Shown here: positions 24,044 to 36,119 of the stretch, piece after piece
How positions within the stretch are numbered: the stretch's first letter is position 1
Layout: each line of letters begins with the position of its first letter
From: Jimgerdemannia flammicorona
Taxonomy: Eukaryota
Length of the DNA stretch: 39,410 nt
NCBI GenBank assembly: GCA_003990765.1
Contig: RBNJ01000142.1
Location: 1 to 39,410, forward strand
Direction: 5' to 3'
Program-made: the position numbers and the translations under genes
The notes under the pieces: model-generated
The model's database searches: none
Seen by the model: the letters and a program-made list of their open reading frames with translations, nothing else
What the model was told of the DNA's origin: nothing

Positions 24044-24660
24044 GTATAACTAGTAGAGGTTTAATTACATCTACTCTCCATCTTTGGAAGATATTGTCTA
24101 GTGGTACAATTAGTTATAATGGTGTTTGATAATTCTTCTTTCCTTAGTACTTCTGACAGATATCACATTTCTTGAGTATATCTCAGACTTGTGTTCTGAG
24201 ATTAAGTCAATGTTGGTATATTGTTCACAGTTTTTCTTCTATATTCACTTATCCTTAATGAGCTTTCTGGTATTCTTTTCAGATGAGATCTTCTTGTACT
24301 TTGATAATCAGAAGAGCTTTCTTTAGGGTATAGTTCCTCAGTATATCCTTTTTCTGATTTATTGGGATTAGTAGGAAAGTATATCAACATTGTTATGAGC
24401 TTTCTCTGCTTTATAAATAATAGTGATTTTGTAATTCTAAAGGATAAGAATCTAGCAGGCTAGGATTTCAATAAGTTTCTTATAATTGAATAGCTATTTA
24501 AGGGCAGTATAGTTAGTTATCAGAGTGAACCTTTTTCTGACAAGATAATACTTGAATAGAGTGATAGCCTATATAACTGTAAGATATTCCAATTTGGTGC
24601 TACCATAGTTAGTCTGCTACTGATTAGTAACTCAGCTTATATAAGCTATTATATGGTATT
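24044..24660 (-). pseudogene. RNase H end and integrase N-terminus of remnant E
   Basis: FTLITNYTALK*L (decayed TDHxALxWL); FQRWRVDVIKPLLVI|PRRNKYIL joins across element B. Confidence 0.8.
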
Positions 24661-24699
24661 ATTGGTCAGATTTTTCTTGAACTAAAACTGTTATTGAAG

Positions 24700-25100
24700 A
24701 TATGATCTCAGGAAGTAGTGAAGATGTAGTCTTGGGAGATAGTGAAGATGTAGTCTCAGAGGACAGTAAATATGCAATCTCAGGAGATAGCAAAGATGTG
24801 ATCTCAGGAGATAGTAAAGATATGATCTCAGGAGATAGTGAAGATATAGTCTTAGAGGATAGCAAAGATGTAGTCTCAGGGGGCAGTAAAGATATAGTCT
24901 CAGAGTAGTAAAGATATAGTCTTAGAGGAGAGCAAAAATACAGTCTCAGAGAGTAGTAAAGATGTAGTCTTAGAGGGGTAGTGAAGATACAGTTTTGGAG
25001 AGTAGTAAAGAGAGGAGTGAAGATATAGTCTTAGAGATAGTCTCAGGAAGTAATAAAGATATAGTCTCAAAGATAGTAAAGATACAGTCTCAGATAGCAG
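24700..25100. repeat. Decayed 24-bp minisatellite, about 16 units
   Basis: Consensus approx. GGAGATAGTAAAGATATAGTCTCA; produces the spurious GDSEDVVS / SSLSPEII ORFs. Confidence 0.9.
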
Positions 25101-25259
25101 TGATGGAGATATAATATAGTTTTAGTAGTGCTGAATAAAAAAATAATATCATCTAATAGATATTATTAAAAATAAAATAAAATAAAATAAAATAAACTGC
25201 TGAGTACAATGATTGATGACAAAATGATAGTAGCAATGGATGATAGAGGAGATTTGAAT

Positions 25260-25870
25260 AGGTGAGGTGTAGGTGAGTGAGGTAGAGAGGAGGTAGGAGT
25301 AGGAAGAAGATGTGAGTAAGTAGAATAAAAAGAAGAAAGAAGAGAAATAGAAAGAGATTTAAAGATTTGAGGAAGTAGAAAGAAGAAGAACAATACTCTG
25401 AATATTATTTTCCCTCTCATTCACAATTATATTTTCTACTATAAAAATTGTCAGCTAACCTATCTAGTATCTGTTTTTTATAGCTGAGAGAATAATTTAC
25501 TAGTATAAGACAATTTACTGATATGTGATAATTTACTACTGAGTGACAATTTACTACTAGATGAGGATAGGAGTATAGAGAAGACAGAGGATAGAGAGGA
25601 AGTATAGGTGGTGGAGTAGGGAGGAGATGTGGATAGGTGAGATAGAGAGGAAGAGGAGGAGAAATGAGAGAAGATTCAGATAAGTAGAGAGAAGATTTAG
25701 GTGAAGTAGAAAGAAGAACAATACCTATCCAAATATTATTTTTTCTCTTATTTACAATTACATTTTCTATCATAAATATAACTTATCTAATATCTGTTCC
25801 CTGTAGCTAAAAGAATGATTTACTGATATAAGATAATTTACTAATAAATAATAATTTATTACTGAGTGAC
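25260..25870. repeat. Two diverged ~300-bp direct repeats
   Basis: Purine-rich block + GAAGAACAATAC...AATATTATTTT...AATTTACT arrays seen at ~25290-25560 and ~25610-25865. Confidence 0.75.
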
Positions 25871-27850
25871 CAGGTGAGTATAAAGAAGATATTTGTTAAA
25901 GTAATTAAATCTTATATAAGAGAAGAATTCAAATAAAGGAGGTTATATTGAAGATATATTATTATTTATTTCAAATAAGTTAAATAGGTTGCAATATTAT
26001 ATTCTACTTGAAATAACTTCCAAATATAGAAGAAGTAGTAATCTGATACAGATATCTAGTATAAGAAGTATAAGTATTCTAATATAACTCTGTATAAGAT
26101 AACCCACTCTTCTCAATATGAATACTTAGCAATAATACTGAGAATAAGTCAAGAATAAGATTGCTGCCACAGTTTTTAGAGCAATTGAATATCAATAGAA
26201 CTCTATTGAACTACTATCTATCAATATAAATATCTCTAAAGACCTAGACCCAAATGAAGTCCAATAATATTTTGAAAGAATATAGTATTTTTAGATCTTT
26301 CAATATTAATAAGAACTCAAGAAGTACTATGAGATAGAATGTCTACAAGCTACTCTTAGTACTGCCAAACAATGAGTCTGCCTCTTCATTGATCACTATA
26401 CTTACATATATAGTTATCAAGAGACTTTATATTCTCTTCTGTATCTAACTCTAAGTTCTCAACTACTTCTATAGAATATTTTCTGAGAATATTACCAACT
26501 TGAGTAATAAACAATAGAGCAAAATTATCTTTTAAGTAGTTCAGTACACTGCTCTTCAGTTTGATAAATATCTAGAGTTTAGTACTAAGTCTAATGAGTA
26601 GGCTCAAGCAAAGAAGAGAAGGATATAATAAATCATTACAAGTCTCTAAAATTTCTAATAGAAATTTCTATATAAATTCCTATAGAATTTCTAACTAGTA
26701 GTCATAGTTATCTAAAGTAGTATGACTATATAAGGATATATTCAGCATACTATATTTAGTTATAGTTTTGAATATATATAAATATTCTCTATACTGAGTG
26801 AATTGTAATCTCAGCTTTACTTTTTCTAAATATAAGAATAAAGTAGTATTCTTACTATATCTGATTTATTAACAATTCTAAGTCTGATCAACTTAGGATA
26901 CAAGCACAGTCTTCTATACTTAGTCAAACTTTAAAAGTAATACATACTGACTTTACTACAACAGATGATTCAGAACTCAGCACTTCTTCAAAAACTCAGA
27001 ACTTAGAGCTAATAGTTATCTTGATTATCTGCAATATAGTAATTCTATTGATATATAGTTTTATTACAAATATAGTGAATATATAATTTGAAAAATATAG
27101 TAAATTTCTTTATTTTGAATATTTAATCTTCTTTGACTTCTCAGAGCTCTTTAAATATAGAGGTGAGTGAGATTGAAGTATATCTATCTACAAGCTTACT
27201 AGTTTCTTTATCTCTTTATTTTTGAACTATTTTAATCTAAAATTTATTTACTCTAAATACTGAGTAATTTATATAAGTTTACTAGCTATAGTATAAGTTA
27301 TAACTAATTTTAATAGTATATAGATTTTTTACAATTATAAGTTTTTTATATAAGTGAGAGATTTCTTTATATTGTATAGATTGAGTAACTGCTAACTATA
27401 TATTATACTAAATTTGAAAATTAAATTCAGATATTATGATCAAATATCTATTCTCTAATTATTTCTAATTTAGATTAACTATCACAACTTTCTCTTAAAT
27501 ATAATCTTATCTCTGAAATATTTATTCAAACTCCCAAGTTTCTATATCTCAAATAATCTTATACTGCTCTATTTAAGTAATTATATCTTCTTAATGAGTC
27601 CTTTATATATCTGAGAAATCTACTAGAGTTATCTTTCTAAGATATAGCAATACTGATTTATCATCTTTGAACAACTTGAAAACTCATTTTACAATTGTGA
27701 CCTGTTTATAAAAGACCTAGCAGATAGCAATCTAATCTTCCTTCAACTTCTGTAGATACTGGGTGATAAGTTGTCCAAACTTGTAGTACTACTTAGTATT
27801 AATAAGTAGCAAAGAGATTTAGGCAGATGAGTTTATATAATACTTTGGAT
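25870..27850. other. Unclassified, heavily transition-decayed repeat DNA
   Basis: Essentially CpG-free, TpA-rich; no interpretable motifs. Confidence 0.5.
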
Positions 27851-28580
27851 GCTTTCATAAGATTCCTCTATAGTTAGTAGTATACCATTGTCTCTCTTCG
27901 TCATATCCGAGATGTTGTGACAACTGGCGAGGTCAATGTCCCGCATTTGTGGACACGCTCGAGCGCTCTGTATCCTGCAGAACAACGCCATCAAAATTAA
28001 TGTATATACGTCAATCGCGGGCATGTCTGAATGACTCGCACCATCGCGTCCGTTTCGATACAATGGTGATCCCATATTGATCCGTCGCAATCCCATATCG
28101 ATAGCGATCGTAGTTGGGGGTAACAGCGACTTGTTTGGGACAATAACGCGCACCGATGGATATATGGTGAGTATGCCGTCCATGGGACGCAAACGCGTCC
28201 CGCATGTATGTTACACACAAACTATCTTGGAGCGAGTCATTTCTAACGGTATTTACATATTCTGCGGGGTGTGTGCATCAGAAATCAGCAAATGCCGTTT
28301 GTGTATCTCCCATGGCCTTACTATGGCCTAAAGCAACGGCAATGCTAAGACATACCATCCCCAGCACACGAGTAATATTGGGAGTCCGAGGCAACCCCGT
28401 CTCACCAAAGCTCCAATGGAAGTGTCTTTGTGAGCAAAGCCATTGATCATAAATAATGAACACAACCCACTTCTTGTGAGGAGCAGCTCATTGACATGCA
28501 TCAATCTCAAGCCAGGGTACGTACACATCCATAATATAAAAATATAAGACACAGAGTGATGCGAGTTAATGGCAAGCATC
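27833..28580 (-). pseudogene. Cys-containing LRR (F-box/RNI-like) gene remnant
   Basis: PQLRSLSIWDC...IETDAMVRVIQTCPRLTYI and ARACPQMRDIDLASCHNISD in different frames; no F-box seen. Confidence 0.55.
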
Positions 28581-29306
28581 CATATGCGTGCCCATTGACG
28601 TTCGACTGGATGATGGAGGTGATGGGCCGGATTCCTCGCTATTTCAGTCTACCTGACCTATCGTTCGATGTCTGATCTCCTACATTAAACCTATACAATT
28701 ACTTCACGGCAGCATACACATTCTGCATGAAACGACACCATCATGCCACTTCCGGAAATAGGATTTCATGCACGACTGGAAAAACGAAGAGCCAAATAGA
28801 GGCCACTCAATCAGCAAGCACGCTGTATTACTTAGCTGTCGTTTTTAACGCCCGCCCGTGCTATTTATTGGGCGTAGTGCGCAGACTTTCCGATAATGTT
28901 GTCAATTTTACTAATGGCATGCAAGAAATCCGAACAGAGTGCATATCGAGATTTCCTCTAGTATGTTGAGCGCCTGGATGCTCATTGTCTTTAATAAGCT
29001 GTCAGCGCTGAGACTAGGAATATATAGCGCTCCAAGCGACATTTAAGCCATCAGAATGGACATCAGCAAAACGTACAACTGGTATCGGTCATTATCATGT
29101 TTCATGCCTCGAGGCGGTTGCACCTAGCAATTGTTGATGGGTCGTCTGTAACCATTTTTGGACCACAGATTACCTGCATGCATATTGAGTGTGCAAGAAT
29201 TGATGCTCATGTTTGATGCGACGTTAATAGGAACGTATTCTGATATGAATAATAGATCGAATTGAATGACAAAAAGCGACCTTCTGGTCACCATGGCTTC
29301 ATAATC

Positions 29307-30030
29307 CTAGATGTGGTTCATTGCTCCCTGCATCGTTCGCGCCAGGTCGACTTTCAGCACCCATTGCTCGATGCGCTTGAGTGCCTTGCTTCTCGCATTC
29401 GTGTTTTTCAGGGGCTTCTTGGGCATCGTGTAGTTCTGGAGTTTAAAGTCATCGTGGATGTCATCGGGCACGATGAAGTATAGCTGGATCTTAGCCGACG
29501 GGTCATCAGTGTAAATCGCATGTGAGTGACAATGTTGACGGTCTCTGCCATCTTGATCGGATGTGTTGGCTCTCAATGACCTGGAAGACCCTTATTAGGA
29601 AAAAAGCAAGACATTGCCGTTTTTGTGAATCAGTCCGATCTCGAATAGCCAGGCCACCGGCCCGAAGCAGATGCAGTACGCTCGAACTATGCAGCCCTTG
29701 GTGCCGCCATTAGTATAATAGATGCGCTTCAGCAGGTCGACGCCCAAATACTGTTCATGGAAGGGCCTTTCGAATCGTTCCAAGATGTAGGGCGATGCCC
29801 ACTCCAAATGCCAGCTCTGATAATCTGTGCTGGATTGGAGATAAAGGAGACGATTGCTTCCATATTGGCAAAATTCTCTTCCAAGGCATCCTGGCTAAGG
29901 TGCATGAAGAGCTGCTCGGAGCTATCGATGTTATTTATGGTGCTTTGTATCTCTTTAAATATCGTATTCACAATTGCAGTAAAATTGGAGCCATCCTTTG
30001 TGGAAGCGTCTTGTGTATCTGTGGCGTTCC
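29307..30030 (-). pseudogene. Crinkler (CRN)-like C-terminal ATPase/REase-type domain remnant
   Basis: EWASPYILERF, GGTKGC, VFQV..S..HPIK (frameshifted), IQLYFIVPDDIHDDFKLQNY, IEQWVLKVDL spread over several frames; recalled as CRN-family motifs, not searched. Confidence 0.65.
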
Positions 30031-30695
30031 ACCTCTGCGAACTTGCGCTGCGCCGTCCTCAGCTTGAGCTTCAGCATGTCAGCCGCGCCTGAACCACGCG
30101 CGCCATTTGCTGCTCTTCGGCCAGGCCGCAGCTGTCCCGTACGGGCAAGAGTGGTGCGCAGATCGGCTAGCTCATGGTCGTTGTGGGTTGTGGCGTGGAT
30201 AGAGCGCGCACGAGCTCGCTCGAAGCGGGGCAGAGGATGACGGTGTCAGCAAGTCACCGAGAGGTAAGTGCATTGCTACCCACATTATTTTTGCATACCC
30301 TCGCTTGCACAACATAGTACTTACAGACTTAGCGACGTTTTTGTATCAACGGAGGCTTAGTCAATATTTTATGCTGGTCTTGAAATCATAGAAAATATGC
30401 TTACAAATTTGGTCAATAACTTACTCCAACTTCAAAAATGCTCCAAGCATCCAACAAAGAGCACTGTTTATATTCAGCGATGGGCATTCGAGCGGTTGCT
30501 TTCTGGAGTTGGCCGTCGGGTGGCCACTCTCACAATATGTAATCCCAAGATTCAGAACTTGAGTATTATCTCAAACAATTCGGACAAAGTCAAAATTGAA
30601 TCGCCATTGAAACACACACAGCTATGGAATCAATATTATACACCGATAATCTTCTGGTTATGTTAGGACAGCCATCACTTCGCTGCAGTTACCAT

Positions 30696-33600
30696 CTGAA
30701 AATAAACAGAGGATGGGCGAACACAAATAGATCGTGAGCTCAATTCCGTCGCGCAGCTTCACACAATGTTTTACACAGTCGCTGATGCTGTTAACTGAAC
30801 ATGAAAGAGGTGGGTGAGCGGACACGCACAGATCGTGAGTTCAATCCCATCATGTATCTGCACACAATGCTCCACACAGTTCCGAGATACATTCGAGATT
30901 CAGCGTGGTCAAGGTCGTATTCTACTCTAGAGACTCGGCTAGTGCGCTTGATCCTTCTGTTTCCCTGAACATGGATGGGCAAATACGCACAGATCGTGAG
31001 TTTGATTCATCGCGCAGCTGCACACAATGCTTCACACAGTTCCGACATACTGTAGAGATTCAGTGTGGTCAAGGTCGTGTTCTGTTTCCGAGACTCGGCT
31101 AGGGCGCGTGGCCCCTCACTGCCGATCTGTTCTCTGAACATGAATAAGGAATGGATGAGCAAATACACACAGCTCGTGAACTTGATTCCATCGCGCAGCT
31201 GCACACAATGCTTCACACAATTCCGACATACGTTCAAGATTCAAAGTCGCGCTCCGTTTCAGATACTCGGCTAGGGCGTGTGCCCCCTCGTCGCCGATGC
31301 TGTTCCCTGAACATGAATAAGGGATGGAGGAGCAAACACACACAGACCGTGAGCCTGCTCCCTGCACACAATGCTTCTCACAATTCCGACATACATTGGA
31401 AATTCAGCGTGGTAAGCGTCGTATTCTGCTTCAGAGACTCGCCCAATGCACGTCCTCCCTCGTCATCGATCCTATTGCCTGATGCACAGGGGATGGATAG
31501 ATGAGCAAACATGAAAACATGCAAAGATCGTGAGCTAGAACTCAGCAAACAGCAGTTCACACAGTTCAATCATACTTGAGAGATTCAGCGTGGTCAGCGT
31601 CGCGTTCTGCTTCAGAGACTCGCCCAGTGCGCGTCCTCCTTCAGGGCCGATCTCATTTACTTAAAATGGGATGGATGAGCAAACACGCAACGATCGTGAG
31701 CTGGAACCCATCACCCAACTGCAAACAGCAGTTCACACAGTTCAAACATACCTCCGAGGGCAAGCGTAGTCAGCGTCGTGTTCTGCTTCAGAGACTCTCC
31801 CAGTGCGCGTCCTCCCTCGTCACCAATCCTATTGCCTGAAGATGCACAGTGCCCGGGGGATGGATAGATGAGCAAACATACAAAGATCGTGAGCTGGAAC
31901 CCATCATACAGCTGCAAACAGCAGTTCACACAGTTCATACATATATACTTGAGAGCTTCAGCGTGGTCAGCATCGCGTTCTGCTTCAGAGACCCGCCCAG
32001 TGCGCGTCCTCCCTCAGGGCCGATCTCATTCACTTAAAATGGGATAGATGAGCAAACACGCAAAGATAGTGAGCTGGAACCCATCACCCAGCTGAAAATG
32101 CAAACAGCAGTTCACACAGTTCAAACATACCTCCGAGGTCCAGCGCGGTCAGCGTCTTGTTCTGCTTCAGAGACTCGCCCAGTGCGCGTCCTCCCTCATC
32201 ATCAATCCTATTGCCTGAAGATGCACAGTGCACAGGAGATGGATAGATGAGCAAACATGCAAAGATCGTGAGCTGGGACCCATCATGCAGCTGCAAACAG
32301 CAGTTCACGCAGTTAATAAATACTTGAGAGATTCAGCGTGGTCAGCATCGTGTTCTGCTTCAGAGACTCGCCCAGTGCGCGTCCTCCCTCAAGGCCGATC
32401 TCATTCACTTAAATGGGATGTATGAGCAAACACGCAAAGATCGTGAGCTGGAACCCATCACCCAGCTGCAAACAGCAGTTCACACAGTTCAAACATACCT
32501 CCGAGGTCCAGCGTGGTCAGCACCGTGTTCTGCTTCAGTGCGCGTCCTCTCTCAGGGCCAACCCTATTCACTTAAAATGCACAGGGGATGGATGAATGAG
32601 TAAATATAGCTGGAATTCATCACCCAGCTGCAAACAGCAGTTCACACACTTTGAGATTCAGCGTGGTCAGCGTCGTTTTCTGCTTCAGAGACTCGCCCAG
32701 TGAGCGTCCTCCCTCATCACCAATCCAATTTCCTGAAAATGCACAGTGCACGGGGGATGGATAGATGAGCAAACATGCAAAGATCGTGAGTTGGAACCCA
32801 TCACGTAGCGGCAAACAGCAGTTCACACAGTTCAAACATACTTGAGATATTCAGCGTGGTCAGCGTCATGTTCTGCTTCAGAGACTCGCCCAGTGCGCGT
32901 ACTCCCTCAGGGCCGACCCTATCAACTTAAAATACATAGGGGATAAATGAATAAGCAAACACACACAGATCGTGTGCTTGATTCTATCGCGCAGCTGCAC
33001 ACAATTTTTCACACAGTTCCGGCATACATTCGAGATTCAGCGTGGTCAAGGTCGAGTTCTGTTTCAGAGACTCGGCTAGAGCGTGTGTCCCCTCGTCACC
33101 GATGCTGTTCGCTGAATTAAAGAAGGGATGGATGAGCAAACACGCACAGATCGTAAGCTTTATTTCATTAAGCAATTGCACATAATACTTCGCATAGTTC
33201 TGACTTACCGGAGAGATTAAGCTTGGTAAACGTCGTGTTCTGCTTTAGAACCTCAGCTAGGGCCCGTACTCCCTTGTTACCAATGTAGTTCTCTTTATAA
33301 TGAACAGGGATGAGCAAACACGTATATACAAATCGTGATATTAGCTTATAATACAACTGTACACAATTTTCACACACCTTCGAGATTCAGCTCGGCGGTG
33401 TTCTGCTTCACAGACAAGGCTATAGTGTGAGCAACCTTGTAGCCAATGCTTTTTACTATACATAACAGGGGAATAGCGAAAACGCCACATCGTGAGTGAG
33501 CTTAATTCCATTACGCAGATGCACACGATGCTTCCCATGGTTCTGACATACAGGAAATAGTCAGCTCCGTCAATGTCGCATTCTGTTTCAGACTCAGCAA

Positions 33601-35720
33601 GGACGCATACCTCCTTGTCGCTGATAAAATGAACGGGAAATGAGCGAACACGCACAGATATTGAACTTGATTCCATCACCCAGTTGCACACAATGCTTCC
33701 TGACATACTTTCGAAATTCAGCTTAGTTAAGGTCGTGTTCTGCTTCAGAGCCTCGGCTAGGACACGCGCCCCGTCATCGCCAATACAGTTGTCTGAATGT
33801 GAACAGGTGATTAACGAAAATGAGCGAACATGAACAAGGGATGAGCGTTCACACAGATTGTGAACGTGATTCCGGCATGCAGCTCTATACAATGCCTCAC
33901 ACAGTTCTGACATACTTTGGAGATTCAGCCTAGTCAAGGTCGTGTTCTGCTTCAAAGAATCGGCAATAGCATGCGCGCCCTTATGGCCAATGCTGTTGTC
34001 TGAACATGACCAGGGGATGAGCAAACACACACAGATGGTGAGTTTGAATTTCATTACACACAGTTGCACACAATGTTTCCTGACATACTTTCGAAATTCA
34101 GCTCAGTTAAAGTCGTGTTCTGCTTCAGAGTCTTGGCTAGGACACGCGCCCCGTCATCGCCAATGCTGTTGTCTGAACATAAATATGGGGTGAGTGAACA
34201 GGAAAGATTCAGCTGGGTAAAATTCTTGTTCCGGTTCAGAAACTCGGCTAGGGCGCATGCCCCTTTGTCGTCGATGTTGTTCTCTTTAAATTGAACAGGG
34301 GATGAGCGAACACATACAATCGTGAGCTTGATTCTATCGTGTTGTGGCATACAATATTTCTCACAGTTCTGACATACTTTCAAGATTGAGCTCGGTCATC
34401 TCCCGCTTCACAGACAGGGCTATGGTGTGTGCCGCCTTATAACCGATACTGCTTACTGTACATAAACATAGAGTGGCGAAAACTTCCAATTTTGAGTTGT
34501 GTTCCATCACGCAGTTGCACACAATGCTTCGCACGATTCTGACATACAGGATAGAGTTAGCTCGGTCAAGGTCAGAGACTCGGCAATTACTTGTGCCTCC
34601 TTGTTGCCGATGTTGTTCGCTTTTGGATAAGCGAACATGTATAGATCATGAGTTTGATTCCATCATGCAGTTCTGACATACAATAAATGTTTAGCTCGGT
34701 TAAGGCCATGTTCTTCCTCAGAGTCGTGGCGAGGACGTTTTCTCCACCGCCGCCGACGCCGCCCCCCTTGAAACAAACAGAGGATGGGCATACATGCAAA
34801 GATTGTGAGCACAATCTATCACCTAGCTGCACGCAATATTTCACCCATTCTGACATACGGGATAGATTCAGTTTGGCCAAGGTCGTGTTTAGCGTCAGGG
34901 ACTCCGCCAACTCGTGACCCTTTAAATGAGTGAACACGTACAGATCGTGAGCTTACTTCCATCAAGCAGTTGTACAATGCTTAACACAGTTCTCACATAC
35001 GAGAGAGATCCAACTCGGTCAAGATCGTATTCTGCTTTATAGAGGGCGCGTGCCCCCTCGTTGCCAATGCTATTCCCTTTAAAATAAATAGAGGGTTAGC
35101 AAACACACGCCTTTATTCCATCACTCAGCTGAACACAATACCTCAAAAAGTTCTGACATACAAGAGAGATTCAGTGCCATTAAGGTCTTGTTTTGTTTGA
35201 GAAACTCGGCTAAGAAGCGGGCAAACAGAATGCCGATGTTGTTGACTAAATATGAACAAGAAATGTGAGCATATCTGGCTCACAAATTTGTATCTACAAC
35301 ATAACAGGAAACAATAGTTAACTTACTGCTGAGATTGAGTTTGATTATATTTATATTCTGCTTTAGAAACTCGATGACAATATGCACTGCCCTATCGTTG
35401 ATATTCTTTCCTGAAAATGAAGACCAGGGATGAGAAACCAAGCCATATAGTAAGCTTGACTTTCTGCAAACAAAAGTTTGACAGAGTTCTATCATACCAA
35501 AGAAATTCAACTCATTCGAGATTGTGTTCCGCTTCAAAAACTGAACTAGGGCTCTGGTCCCTTCATTATCAATGTCATTGTTTGAAGATGAACAGAGGAT
35601 GGGCAAATACTTATAGATTGTAAGCTTGATCCCATCAGACAGCTGCAAACAATGGTTTTCAAAATTCTGACATACTGGTCATATTCTGCTTCAGAGGCTC
35701 GGCGATGGCGAGGGTCTCTA
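30696..35720 (-). repeat. Tandem array of ~30 exon+intron units (~170-195 bp when intact); 84-nt exon = 28-aa LRR xNxIGDEGxRALxESLKQNTTLTTLNLx
   Basis: Repeated GTATGT donor, homologous ~90-110-nt introns with GCTCAC/GCTCAT and YAG/AAG acceptors. Intact 84-nt exons include 31395-31478, 31576-31659, 31752-31835, 31949-32032, 32131-32214, 32324-32407, 32842-32925, 33028-33111, 33209-33292, 33709-33792, 33916-33999, 34089-34172. Confidence 0.95.
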
Positions 35721-36119
35721 GACTTCGTTGAGGCTCTTCCGTGATTCGTTTGAGTTGTTCGCAGGTGTGGAATTCGTTGCTGGTAGCGTTGCTGTTTCGG
35801 GATTCTAGATGGGAGTAATTTGTATATAAATTGATATGCAGTGTTAACTGTGAGACTCGTGATGAAACCTACCTCGACTTTGCTGAGAAATAGCCACTAA
35901 TCGTGAGTGCTCTTCCATGATTCGTTTTAGTTGATCACCAGTGTAGAATTCGCTGCCAGAAACGCTGCTGTTTCGGGGTTCTAGTTCTTGCTGATGGTTA
36001 GCCCGTCGTGTGACAATGATCAATTGTACCTCAGGTGAAAACGGCAAGTGTGCAATTGCAAGCTCTCCCAGAATTTGCCATTCCATGTTTGGTTGCAAAC
36101 CCCGACTAAACTGGCTGCA

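Noticed and set aside
24659-25773. ORFs with SSLSPEII / GDSEDVVS repeats and hydrophobic Leu/Ser/Pro ORFs
   Set aside because: Products of a 24-bp minisatellite and purine-rich direct repeats in decayed DNA.
30020-30240. GC-rich segment with coiled-coil-like minus-strand translation (ELADLRTTL...LKLKLRTAQRKFAEVER)
   Set aside because: Short, frameshifted and not assignable to a family.
33341-34069. 242-aa ORF and the many short Cys-rich ORFs across the array as real proteins
   Set aside because: They read through the repeated introns (MSELCEAL..., CVCLLI...) or are antisense shadows of LRR exons.
30696-35720. Regular repeat array as a CRISPR array or a non-coding satellite
   Set aside because: Units are ~180 bp, consist of an LRR exon plus GT-AG intron, and have no unique spacers; no cas genes; eukaryotic context.
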